From the NCBI GenBank assembly GCA_000092065.1, contig CP000591.1: DNA of 64,000 nucleotides. One strand, given 5' to 3'. How positions within the stretch are numbered: position 1 is the first letter of the stretch; the number at the start of each line of letters is the position of its first letter. Shown in pieces: positions 20,615 to 29,705 of this stretch. The notes below the pieces were generated by a model that did no database searches, had not been told where the DNA came from, and saw only the letters and a program-made list of their open reading frames with translations. A program made the position numbers and the translations under genes. The DNA is from Ostreococcus lucimarinus (taxonomy: Eukaryota).

Positions 20615-20659
20615 GCCGCGATCGCGCGTCGCACCGCGCCGCGCCGCTTTCGCGCCGCG

Positions 20660-22549
20660 ATGGCGCGCGTCGCGACGACGCCGCGCGCGATCGCGCGCGC
20701 GTCGTCCGTCGCGCGCGTCGATCGCGCGCGTCCGCGTCGGCGTCGGCGACGCGCGACGCGATCGCGCGCGCGCGTCTCGGACGTCTCGGACGTCTCGGAC
20801 GACGACGACGACGCCGTCGCGGCGCACGCGCTCGTCGAGCGGCGATCGCTGCTCGACAGCGACGACGCCGAGGCGGACGCGCGTCGGCGCGCGCTCGCCA
20901 ACGCGCGCGCGATCGCGGCGACGGCGGACGGCGGCGACGTCATGCGCGACGTCGACGCGGACGTCCTGCCGCTGTTGCTCCGGCTGCGAAGCGCGGGCGC
21001 CAGCGCGGAGGGGCTGCGACGAGGCGCGGCGGGCGTGCGGGCGTGGAGGGACGCCCTCGCGCGAGGGCTGCTGCCGGACGCGTCGCTCGAGTGGCCGGAG
21101 GACGAGACGTTCAGGACGGCGCTGATCGAGGCGCTGGGGGATTTAGACATGGCCAGGTTCACGCGACGGTTTCCGCCGGTGCTGGACACGTTGATGAAGA
21201 ATGTGTTGGATATTTTGTACGTGTACGAACGCGATCGAGAGGACGAAGACGCGACGCCGGAGTTGCCGCCGACGGAGCCGCGGGATTCGGAGACGGCGAA
21301 CGATGGAGAGGGAGAGGGAGACGCGCGAGGAAGCGGCGCGGGCGAGAGCGACGAAGAGGAGGGGGAGGGCGAGGCGCGGAGTCAGGCGGGAGGGCGAGGC
21401 GGCGCGGGGGAAGAAACCGACGGGAGCGATAACGTCGACGAATTCGACGTGGGGATGGATGGCGACGACGGCGCGAACGAGGCGATGGAGCGGGCGAAGG
21501 AGAAGAATAAGGAGATCGTCTCGCGGCTCATGGAGGAGTTCAAAGAGCAGTGGGAACCGGCGATGGATAAGCTCGACAAGGCGGCCAAGGCATTCGAAGG
21601 ATTAGATTTAGACGACCTCGCCGACGGCCCGGAAGGCTTCGACCTCACGCGAGGTCTGTGGCAGCAGACTGGGTGGAAGGAGCTCGATTCGCTTCGCAAA
21701 AAGCTGCAAGACTTGAAAGAGTTGCGCGACATGGTGCGCAGTTTGGGCCGAGGCAGTGGTCGCGGACCTTTGCGTCGCGCGCCGCGACAAAGAGAGCGCC
21801 AAGGATTCCCCATAGGTCTCGTGCGAAGTCCGATGGAGCCCGAACAAACATCCGGTTTGTGCCGCTCGGACGATTTGTCCCGCATGATGCCGAGCGAGAT
21901 GGTGCTACTCGCGTCGAGTCTCCCGCAAGCGCGTCTTTTGCACTTTGCGCGTCGCGCCGAGCGCACTTTGCTGTCGTATGAGCGCGTGGGGTGGTCGGAA
22001 GAACCCGCGGTGACTGTAGAGGGCTTCGAGACGCGCCCCGCGGCGGAGTGCGGGCCAATCATCGTGTGCCTGGACACCTCGGGGTCGATGATGGGCGCTC
22101 GCGAGACCGTCGCCAAAGCCATGGTTCTCGAGTGCATGCGGCAAAGTCGCTCGCAGCAGCGCGCGTGTTATTTATATTCTTTTAGTGGCCCAGGAGATTG
22201 CCAAGAGCTCGAGCTCAAGCTCAACGCCGCCGGTCTCTACGGTTTGTTGGAATTTCTCAGCGGTAGCTTCCACGGCGGCACCGACGTCGACGAGCCATTC
22301 AATCGCGCGCTCGCTCGGTTAAACGAGGCCGAATGGAGCAACGCTGATATATTGCTCGTCACCGACGGGGAAATCAAACCTCCCGACGAAACCTTGATCG
22401 CCAATCTCAACGAGGCAAAGGAAGAGATGGGATTAAAGGTGCACGGTTTGCTCGTCGGCGACGCCGGCAACGCCGAAGTCGTGGAATCGATTTGCACTCA
22501 CGTACACGCGTTCAAGTCCTGGACCGCGGTCGGCGGCAAGCCATCGTAA
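20660..22549 (+). CDS. ViaA-like VWA-domain protein (homolog of bacterial VWA protein that partners the RavA/MoxR AAA+ ATPase) with N-terminal R/A/S-rich presequence and acidic region
   Basis: C-terminal half aligns along its length with E. coli ViaA as recalled from memory: WQQTGWKELDSL.., DDLSRMMPSEMVLLASSLPQARLLHFARRAERTLLSYERVGW (ViaA SDDILRLLPPELATL..YRLHGESW), and GPIIVCLDTSGSMMG (MIDAS DxSGS) ...RACYLYSFS...FHGGTDVDEPF...ADILLVTDGE. ATG at 20660. Divergent from the exonuclease gene by about 150 bp. Confidence 0.75.
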   Translation: MARVATTPRAIARASSVARVDRARPRRRRRRATRSRARVSDVSDVSDDDDDAVAAHALVERRSLLDSDDAEADARRRALANARAIAATADGGDVMRDVDADVLPLLLRLRSAGASAEGLRRGAAGVRAWRDALARGLLPDASLEWPEDETFRTALIEALGDLDMARFTRRFPPVLDTLMKNVLDILYVYERDREDEDATPELPPTEPRDSETANDGEGEGDARGSGAGESDEEEGEGEARSQAGGRGGAGEETDGSDNVDEFDVGMDGDDGANEAMERAKEKNKEIVSRLMEEFKEQWEPAMDKLDKAAKAFEGLDLDDLADGPEGFDLTRGLWQQTGWKELDSLRKKLQDLKELRDMVRSLGRGSGRGPLRRAPRQRERQGFPIGLVRSPMEPEQTSGLCRSDDLSRMMPSEMVLLASSLPQARLLHFARRAERTLLSYERVGWSEEPAVTVEGFETRPAAECGPIIVCLDTSGSMMGARETVAKAMVLECMRQSRSQQRACYLYSFSGPGDCQELELKLNAAGLYGLLEFLSGSFHGGTDVDEPFNRALARLNEAEWSNADILLVTDGEIKPPDETLIANLNEAKEEMGLKVHGLLVGDAGNAEVVESICTHVHAFKSWTAVGGKPS

Positions 22550-22650
22550 TTACGTACCTCACTAGTTTACGTATCATGATAAGCATTCTTTAACGACCTT
22601 TCGATCCCCAACCGTCGGTTCGCGCCGCGTCGTCCGCAGTGCTCGCAGCG

Positions 22651-24333
22651 ATGCTCGCGCTCACGCGCGCGCGCAACGCCGGCATCCGCACCCCGCTCGC
22701 CTTTCGCGCCGCCGTCGAGCGCGAGCGAACGCTTCGACCGCTCGAGCTCGTCGAGCGCATCGACAGCGCGTGCGCGCCGACGTGCGTCGACCTCGACGCG
22801 TGCGAGCGTCGGTACCTCCTCGTCGGTGGAATCGACGGCAGCGTGCGCGCGTACGACACCGAAGCCGTCGTCGAGGGCGCTCGAGCGCGCGATGATGACT
22901 GCTCGAGAGCGCGGTCGACGCCCGAGCTCGTGTGCGTCATCGAAGGCGGCGGCGCGCGCGAGGCGAATCGCGCGGGCGCGAGCGGGACGGCGAGCGGGAC
23001 GGCGAGCGGGGCGGCGGCGACGAGCGAGGAGATCGGACACACCTACGCGACCTCGTGCGTGCGATGGTTGCCGAGTGATACGGGGATGTTTTTCTCTGGG
23101 TCGTACGACAAGACGGTGAAGTGTTGGGATGCGAATAGCTTGCGCTCGGCGTGCGACGTCGAGCTGCCGACGAAGTGTCGAACGTTGGCGCTGAGCGACG
23201 CGGCGACGACGCACTCGCTCGTCGCGATTGGTTCGGACGATAACGTCGTGCGATTGTGGGATCCGGCGTCGAATGCGATCGCGCACACGCTTTCGGGGCA
23301 TCGTGGAAGCGTGCACGCGATCGAGTGGTTACGATCGAACGAGCACGCGTTGGCCACGGGCGGCGCCGAGGGCGACGTTCGGTTGTGGGATATTCGAAGC
23401 GCGGGGGCGTACATGATTTTGGACAGGCACAATACACAACCTAGCGCGCGTGTGGACGCCATCAAGGATGCGATGTACGCCGGCGCGAGCACGAGCGGAA
23501 CTATTGAGGCTGGGCCGAAACCGGCGTCCAGAAAGATGGCGGATTCCGTGCCCGACCACTTACGCGCGGACGCCGCTCGACGGTGCTCGTCGTCGAGTTG
23601 GGGGCGCTCGAACGACGGTGGTGCGAGTTCGAGCTCAAAGCGCGGACGCAACGGTGGGTGGGGAGGCTGGGGCGTGGGATTTCGTGGGAACAAGAGCGCG
23701 AGAGGTCGCGACGAACGCGATGACGCCTCGCGATCGCGTCTGTTCCCCGCGGGTGACGGTTACTCGTCTATTCCCGCTCCCGCGCACGACGGACAAGTGA
23801 GCGGCTTGAGAACCACGCCGTGCGGGATGTTCATAGTTTCCACCGGCGCCGACGGTCGCATTCGTCGCTGGGATTTATCCAATGGATTGAACACGTACAC
23901 GCCGTACGACTCCGCCGGTGCCGCGCCGACGGCGAGCGCGTGCCAAATCGCAATCACGGCCGACGGCGAGCGTCTGTACGTCCCTTGCACCGACACACGC
24001 GTGCGCGTCTATCGCACGCACACCGGCACCCTCGACGCAGAGCTCAAAGGCCATCTCGACGACGTCGTCGCGTGCGCCTACAAGGATGGCGGCGACGCCA
24101 AACTCTTCACCTGCGGCAAAGACGCCAACGTCCTCGTCTGGGCCCCCGTGAGCGCGTCAGCGTCGTCAAAGCACTCGGGCGACATCGACGGCGATGCGTG
24201 GAGCGACGACGACGACGCGGATGGCGCCGCGGACGCGTACGGGCGCCCGTCCGCCGTGGCGGATCCCAATCGCTCGCGCTCGGCGCCGCGCGGTTTGGGA
24301 TACCGTTCAATCCACACACCCCGCGCGCGTTGA
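22651..24333 (+). CDS. ERCC8: ERCC8/CSA WD40-repeat protein (Cockayne syndrome A, transcription-coupled repair)
   Basis: WD40 repeats. Strong resemblance to CSA: WLPSDTGMFFSGSYDKTVKCWDANSL..., LVAIGSDDNVVRLWD, HRGSVHAIEW..LATGGAEGDVRLWDIR. C-terminus LKGHLDDVV...FTCGKDANVLVWAPV. The track start at 22639 is GTG; first ATG at 22651 (MLALTRAR..). Confidence 0.8.
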   Translation: MLALTRARNAGIRTPLAFRAAVERERTLRPLELVERIDSACAPTCVDLDACERRYLLVGGIDGSVRAYDTEAVVEGARARDDDCSRARSTPELVCVIEGGGAREANRAGASGTASGTASGAAATSEEIGHTYATSCVRWLPSDTGMFFSGSYDKTVKCWDANSLRSACDVELPTKCRTLALSDAATTHSLVAIGSDDNVVRLWDPASNAIAHTLSGHRGSVHAIEWLRSNEHALATGGAEGDVRLWDIRSAGAYMILDRHNTQPSARVDAIKDAMYAGASTSGTIEAGPKPASRKMADSVPDHLRADAARRCSSSSWGRSNDGGASSSSKRGRNGGWGGWGVGFRGNKSARGRDERDDASRSRLFPAGDGYSSIPAPAHDGQVSGLRTTPCGMFIVSTGADGRIRRWDLSNGLNTYTPYDSAGAAPTASACQIAITADGERLYVPCTDTRVRVYRTHTGTLDAELKGHLDDVVACAYKDGGDAKLFTCGKDANVLVWAPVSASASSKHSGDIDGDAWSDDDDADGAADAYGRPSAVADPNRSRSAPRGLGYRSIHTPRAR

Positions 24334-24504
24334 CGCGCGCGAACCCTCGTTAGGCATCATAGTCTAGTTTTTAGCCACACAGTCTTTAGCCACGCACGCA
24401 GCGTCGGACTCGCGTCAACCTCCGCGCGCCGTCGACGCCGCCGTCGACGGCGCCGACGTCAACTGCACATCTCGTCGGGCGCGAACGCACGTCGCGCCGA
24501 CGCG

Positions 24505-25098
24505 ATGCCGTCGAAGCGCGCGTCCGCGAACGGACGCGTCGATCGCGCCGCGACCGACCGTTCGCGCGCGTCGACGCCGCGCGGCGTCAAAACGTTGAAG
24601 GTTCGCCTCGCGCGCGCGACGAAATTCCGCGATGAAAATCGCATTCCCGTGCGCGACAGACTCGGCGACGGCGCGAAGACGACGAAAAGCGCGGCGAAAG
24701 ACTTAAGGCGAACGATCGAACGGGCGACGACGACGGGCGACGCGCGGACGCGCGCGAAGGGTGACGTCGGTCCCGGGGATTTGCGGCGCCGGTTGCCGCG
24801 GCGCGACGACGGCGCCGCGGCGAACGCGAAAGCGAAAGCGACGCGAACGTCTGGAGATTTGAGAAACGCGTTATCGGGGAAATCGGGGAGAAAAGGTGTC
24901 GCCAACGCGAAGGGGCGGGGAGACGCGCGCGTGAACGCGCTGTTGCGACGATTGAATCTGTCTTCGTACGAGGCGGCATTCGCGCGAGAGGAGATCGATT
25001 TGATCGCGCTGCGGGCGATGCGCGACGGGGATTTCGACAAGCTCGGCCTGCCGTACGGGGTCAAGGTCAAGCTCGCGCTCGCGTTAGGACGGCGGTGA
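24505..25098 (+). CDS. SAM (sterile alpha motif)-domain protein with basic N-terminal region
   Basis: C-terminal SAM domain LLRRLNLSSYEAAFAREEIDLIALRAMRDGDFDKLGLPYGVKVKLALAL. ATG at 24505. Stop TGA at 25096-25098 is in frame with, and 3 nt before, the next ORF. Confidence 0.55.
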   Translation: MPSKRASANGRVDRAATDRSRASTPRGVKTLKVRLARATKFRDENRIPVRDRLGDGAKTTKSAAKDLRRTIERATTTGDARTRAKGDVGPGDLRRRLPRRDDGAAANAKAKATRTSGDLRNALSGKSGRKGVANAKGRGDARVNALLRRLNLSSYEAAFAREEIDLIALRAMRDGDFDKLGLPYGVKVKLALALGRR

Positions 25099-25101
25099 GC
25101 G

Positions 25102-26031
25102 ATGAACGATGTGACATTAGCGCGCCGCGCGCACAACCGACTGCTGTATTATTACGACGCCGATTCGCAAACGCCGATTCGCCTCGCCGACGCGCGAGAC
25201 GACGACGAGGACGAGGAAAGCACACCTCACTCTCACGCGCGCGCGCGCCCACGCGTTCCCATGTCCGTCGAGCACTCGCGAACCGTACGCCTGAGCGAGG
25301 ATTTGTCCTACGTTCAACCCACGGCGCCGCTTCCCTCCTGGCTCAAAGGTTTCTTCGTCACGGCGGTGAGCAAAGGACAGGATTCGGTGGTCCAAGCCGC
25401 CATTGAAGCTTCAAACATTCTGAACGATTACTGGTTCAAAGTGGCGTACGACGCCCATCGCATCGACGGGGAAAAGCCGTACGAACGCGCCGAGGCGATG
25501 TGGATCCCCGGTTGCGACGCGTGCGCGTTCGTGGCGCTTCGGCCGGACGACAACGACGCGAACGTCTACATGTGCGCGAAAGCCATCGTGGAGGAGTGTC
25601 GAAAGGGCGCGGATTGGAAGCAACCGACGCACGTCGCGCGGATCGTTGCGGTTGAGAAAAGCTCGAGCGAGCTCGAACTAGACGCGCTCGCGCGAGACGT
25701 TCTGTCGAAGCACTTTCCAGAGCGAGGCGGCGACTCGGAGCCCGTTACTTTCGGCATTCACTACGAAGAACACTCGCCGATGAGACATTTCTCGAGCACG
25801 GACGTGAATCGCTTTGTCGGCTCGCACGTTCCAGACGAAGGGTACAAAGTCGATCTCAAGAATCCAAGGTTCACGATCTGCGTCGTCAACGCGGGCGGTT
25901 CGATGATGATGTCCGTCGTCGAAGCCTACGACGCGCTCGGGCACTTCAACGTGCATCGCGCGGCGTTCGAGGACAAACTCAGCGATACCGTGCCGGCGCG
26001 CGGCGACGATTCCGCGCAGCCCGCGGCGTGA
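25102..26031 (+). CDS. THUMPD1: THUMPD1/Tan1-like THUMP-domain protein (tRNA acetylation adaptor)
   Basis: C-terminal KVDLKNPRFTICVVNAGGSMMMSVVEAYDALGHFNV resembles the THUMPD1 signature (KVDLTNPQYTVVVEI...). N-terminal region is comparable to the THUMPD1 N-domain. ATG at 25102, in the same frame as the upstream SAM ORF. Confidence 0.65.
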   Translation: MNDVTLARRAHNRLLYYYDADSQTPIRLADARDDDEDEESTPHSHARARPRVPMSVEHSRTVRLSEDLSYVQPTAPLPSWLKGFFVTAVSKGQDSVVQAAIEASNILNDYWFKVAYDAHRIDGEKPYERAEAMWIPGCDACAFVALRPDDNDANVYMCAKAIVEECRKGADWKQPTHVARIVAVEKSSSELELDALARDVLSKHFPERGGDSEPVTFGIHYEEHSPMRHFSSTDVNRFVGSHVPDEGYKVDLKNPRFTICVVNAGGSMMMSVVEAYDALGHFNVHRAAFEDKLSDTVPARGDDSAQPAA

Positions 26032-26356
26032 GCGCCGCGCGCGGCCTCGCCAGGGGCTTCGCTTCGCGACATTTACGCCGCAATGTTTGATGCGAGTCCG
26101 AGCCGTGCGACATGTACGCCGCGATGTGTGATACGATTCCGAGCCGTTCCCGCCGTCGGCGCAAACCCCGCGCGGAGTGGATAGATCGTCTCGCCGACGC
26201 ACCGCCCCACTGTGCGACGCCCGTCGACGCGCACCGCCACCGAACGCTCGAACGCCGAGCGTACGCCCTCGAAACGCGCTCTCGACCGCTCGATCGCGCG
26301 CGCGACGGCGTAATCGACGCCGATCTTTGACGAATTCAAAGACGACTGGAATCGCC

Positions 26357-27844
26357 ATGGCGCTCTTTCACGAAGTCGTGCACGCGCTCAAGACGTCGCC
26401 GGCGCACTTCACCGTCCCCGCTGTGCTAATGACGGTGGTTATTTTCATCTTCTTGCTCGATCAGCTCTCGCACGGACCGCTGAAGGGACGAAAGTCGCCG
26501 CCGGTGATCGACGTGGCGCCGGTGTGGGGCGGCATGTTGGCCTTTTTGGCGGGACCGATGAAACTCATGCGCGAGGCGACGCCGAAGTACGGTGAGGTGT
26601 TTACCGTGCCGGTGTTTCACAAGCGGATCACGTTTCTGATCGGGCCCAAGGTGAGCGAGTTTTTTTTCAAGGCGAAGGATACGGAGATGTCGCAAAAGGA
26701 GGTGTACGAGTTCAACGTGCCGACGTTCGGTAAGGGCGTGGTGTTCGATGTAGATCACACGACTCGTGCGGAACAGTTTAGATTTTTCGCGGATAGTCTC
26801 AAGAGTAACCGATTGAGGATGTACGTGGGGATGATGGTGAAGGAGGCGGAGGATTTCTTCAGCAAGTGGGGAGACGCAGGCGAGGTGGATTTGCTCGAGC
26901 AACTCTCGGAGTTGATCGTACTCACGGCTTCCAGATGCTTGCTCGGAAGAGAGATTCGCGAGACGCTCTACTCTGAAGTTACCGATCTGGTGCACGATTT
27001 GGATAAGGGTATGGTGCCGTTGTCGGTATTTTTCCCGTACGCGCCGATCGAGGCGCACCGCAAGCGAGACGCGGCGCGCAAAAACTTGGCCAAGATTTTC
27101 GACAAAGTTATCCAAGCTCGTCGCGAGAGCGGCGCGAGTGAACCGGATGTCTTACAAACGTTCATCGACGCCCGGTACAAGGATGGTAGCAGGCTCACGA
27201 ACGACCAAGTCCTCGGTATGTTGATTGCCGTGCTCTTCGCCGGTCAACACACGTCCTCGATCACGTCCACGTGGACTGGTTTGCTGGCCATCGCGAACAA
27301 GGAGCGCGTGATGCCTGCGCTCGAAAAGGAGCAAAAGGATATCATGAAGAAGCACGGCAAGGATTTGGATTTCGACATCTTAGCGAAAATGGATGAGTTG
27401 CATTTTGCTGTGAAGGAGGCGCTTCGAATGCACCCGCCTCTCATCATGCTCCTTCGCATGGCGCAAGTGCCGTTCGAGGTCGAAACCTCTACGGGTAAGA
27501 AGTACACCGTCCCCAAGGGCCACATCGTCGCCACCTCTCCCGCGTTCTCGCACCGCTTGGACAATGTCTACAGCGACCCGAACGAGTACAAGCCTGAACG
27601 ATTCCGCGAACCGAACCCCGAAGACAAGGCCCAGTTCGCCTCCTTCATCGGTTTCGGCGGCGGACGTCACGGTTGCATGGGGGAAACCTTTGCGTACATG
27701 CAAATCAAAACCATTTGGTCCATCCTTTTGCGAAACTTTGAGTTCGAAATGGTTGGAAAAGTTCCCGAACCCGATTACACCGGCATGGTCGTCGGTCCCA
27801 CCGCGGGCCAATGCAAAATCCGCTACAAGCGCCGCGTTCTGTGA
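26357..27844 (+). CDS. CYP51: Sterol 14-alpha demethylase CYP51 (cytochrome P450)
   Basis: N-terminal membrane anchor, P450 motifs AGQHTSS, EALRMHPP, heme-binding FGGGRHGCMGETFAYMQIKTIWSILLRNFEFEM typical of CYP51. ATG at 26357. Confidence 0.9.
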   Translation: MALFHEVVHALKTSPAHFTVPAVLMTVVIFIFLLDQLSHGPLKGRKSPPVIDVAPVWGGMLAFLAGPMKLMREATPKYGEVFTVPVFHKRITFLIGPKVSEFFFKAKDTEMSQKEVYEFNVPTFGKGVVFDVDHTTRAEQFRFFADSLKSNRLRMYVGMMVKEAEDFFSKWGDAGEVDLLEQLSELIVLTASRCLLGREIRETLYSEVTDLVHDLDKGMVPLSVFFPYAPIEAHRKRDAARKNLAKIFDKVIQARRESGASEPDVLQTFIDARYKDGSRLTNDQVLGMLIAVLFAGQHTSSITSTWTGLLAIANKERVMPALEKEQKDIMKKHGKDLDFDILAKMDELHFAVKEALRMHPPLIMLLRMAQVPFEVETSTGKKYTVPKGHIVATSPAFSHRLDNVYSDPNEYKPERFREPNPEDKAQFASFIGFGGGRHGCMGETFAYMQIKTIWSILLRNFEFEMVGKVPEPDYTGMVVGPTAGQCKIRYKRRVL

Positions 27845-28010
27845 GCGCGCGTCCATGAACCTTAGCGTGTTGCACAATGTCGATATCTATAATCTATTTC
27901 CATTTCACACGCGCGCCAGCGCGCGCGTCGCACCGTTTCGCGCGTTCGCGGCGCATCGTTCGCCTCGCCGACGTCATCGCCGCACTTCGCGCAGCGCGGC
28001 CACCGTTCAC

Positions 28011-28997
28011 ATGCGTCGCGCCGCCCGACTCGCGCGCGACGCCCTCGCGCGCGCGCGCGCGTCGAGCGCGTCGTTCGCCGAGACCTCGACGAGCGCCAGC
28101 GCGTTCGCACCGCGCGCGCGCGTCCCGAACGCGCTCGAAACCTCGCGCGATCGCTCTCTCGCGCGCGGTTTCACCGGCGCCTGGCGCGCGTTCCACGCCT
28201 CGGCGTCGATCGAGAAGCGAAACAAACGCCAGACCGTGCCGTTGACGCTGGAAGACATGGAGTTCGAGCGCGTGGAGGCGGTGGAGGACGCGAGACGGCG
28301 GTTGGCGCCGACGGAGGGGACGCTCTACGGCGTCGCGCCGAAAACGTGGACGGAACGCGAGCGCGACACCTTGAACGCCGACGAAGAAGCGAAATTGGAC
28401 GCGCTGTTGTCGACGTACGTCGAAGGCGCGTACGTCGAGGGATCGGGGATGCCGACGTTCGAGGAAGTGTTGGCGGGCGCGGAGGCGAGCGCGGCGAACG
28501 ACGACGACGACGACGACTTCGCGCGAGACTCGAGCGAGGGCGAGGACGAGGACGGGGACGAGCGAGGCGGTGATCACGAATCCATGGTTCGAGTTCCCAT
28601 TCGTGACGTCGCGGGAAGGAGTTACGGCACCGGGAAGCGTAAAACAGCCGTCGCGCGCGTGTGGCTCGCCCCGGGCTCGGGCGAACACAAGGTCAACGGC
28701 AAGCCCTACGACGAGTACTTCTCCTCTCCCGCCGCGCGTGCGGACATGATCGCGCCGTTTTTCGTGAGCGATACGTTAGGTTTATTCACCGCCGTCGTCG
28801 ACGTCAGGGGCGGTGGGATCTCCGGCCAGGCGCAGGCGGTTCGTCACGGCGTCTCCGTCGCGCTGCAAAACTACGACCCGGCGTTTCGACCGGCGTTGAA
28901 AGCCGCGGGGTACCTGAAGCGCGATCCGCGCATCGTCGAGCGCAAGAAACCGGGCAAGGCCAAGGCGCGCAAATCGTTCGCCTGGGTCAAGCGTTAG
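28011..28997 (+). CDS. Mitochondrial-type ribosomal protein uS9 (S9) with Arg/Ala-rich presequence and acidic spacer
   Basis: C-terminal about 130 aa is a complete uS9 domain (GTGKRKTAVARVWL..G.G.I.VNG...Y...DTLG...GGGISGQAQAVRHGVSVAL...LKAAGYLKRDPRIVERKKPGKAKARKSFAWVKR). Start chosen at ATG 28011 (MRRAARLARDAL...). An earlier ATG at 27855 is only 11 bp from the CYP51 stop. Confidence 0.75.
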   Translation: MRRAARLARDALARARASSASFAETSTSASAFAPRARVPNALETSRDRSLARGFTGAWRAFHASASIEKRNKRQTVPLTLEDMEFERVEAVEDARRRLAPTEGTLYGVAPKTWTERERDTLNADEEAKLDALLSTYVEGAYVEGSGMPTFEEVLAGAEASAANDDDDDDFARDSSEGEDEDGDERGGDHESMVRVPIRDVAGRSYGTGKRKTAVARVWLAPGSGEHKVNGKPYDEYFSSPAARADMIAPFFVSDTLGLFTAVVDVRGGGISGQAQAVRHGVSVALQNYDPAFRPALKAAGYLKRDPRIVERKKPGKAKARKSFAWVKR

Positions 28998-29079
28998 CGC
29001 GTCGCGACCGATGTAGTACAATTTAGAGAAGCGACGTTCGCCGGCGCGTCCCGCCCGCGCGCCGCACATCGACGCGCGC

Positions 29080-29562
29080 ATGACGGTCGCCCGCGCCTCG
29101 GCCCGCGCGCTCGCTCGCGCGCTCACCGCGCTCACCGCGTCCTCGTCCGCGGCGTCCGCGCCGCTCGCGCGCGCCCGCGCGTCGCCGCGCGCCGTCGATC
29201 GTTCGCTCGGTGTGCGCGACTTCATCGCCGCGTCGCGCGCGACGCATCGCGCGTACGGCGTCACGGACGAGCAGGCGTTCGGCGTGGACCCCGTGGACGT
29301 CGCCGCGACGAACGCGGACGACGCTTCGCGGACGAACGCGCGCGAAGGACCGACGAAGCGGAAGAATCACATCAAACGCATGAAGCAGCGCGAGGCGTTT
29401 CGACGGTCGAACGCGAAGACGCACAAGGAGAACGAACGAAGGAACGCGATCGAGAGGCAGGAGAAACGATTGGCGCGGTGGCGAGCGGGGGTGGCGATGA
29501 AACGGGAGTACGAGATGAAGTACGGGGGAGGGCTCGGCGAGACGACGGCGCGAGGCGAATGA
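29080..29562 (+). CDS. Small hypothetical protein, presequence-like N-terminus and basic C-terminus
   Basis: ATG at 29080. Ala/Arg/Ser/Leu-rich N-terminus (MTVARASARALARALTALTA...). Basic region KRKNHIKRMKQREAFRR. Genome-typical codon usage. No family recognised. Confidence 0.35.
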   Translation: MTVARASARALARALTALTASSSAASAPLARARASPRAVDRSLGVRDFIAASRATHRAYGVTDEQAFGVDPVDVAATNADDASRTNAREGPTKRKNHIKRMKQREAFRRSNAKTHKENERRNAIERQEKRLARWRAGVAMKREYEMKYGGGLGETTARGE

Positions 29563-29705
29563 TTAGGTTCTTCCGCGGGACGGATTTTGTAATAACAGTA
29601 CAGTAACGACTTGATTTCGAACGCGCGAGAGTCGACGAACGCACGGCGATGAAGTACAGGTTGTGTGCGTGATCAATACATGCATGCGGCGGAAGCGTTC
29701 GCGCG

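Noticed and set aside
20660-22549. ViaA-like gene as evidence of bacterial contamination or an operon
   Set aside because: GC content, codon usage, the divergent eukaryotic neighbour genes and the long N-terminal extension all match the host genome. No ravA partner or bacterial flanking genes are present.
25096-25098. TGA at 25096 as a selenocysteine codon
   Set aside because: The position is between two domains rather than at a redox-active site, and no selenoprotein family is involved. It cannot be supported from sequence alone.
27855-28010. Earlier ATG (27855) as the start of the mito uS9 gene
   Set aside because: It lies only 11 bp after the CYP51 stop, and the intervening peptide lacks presequence character. 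ATG 28011 begins a typical Arg/Ala-rich mitochondrial presequence.
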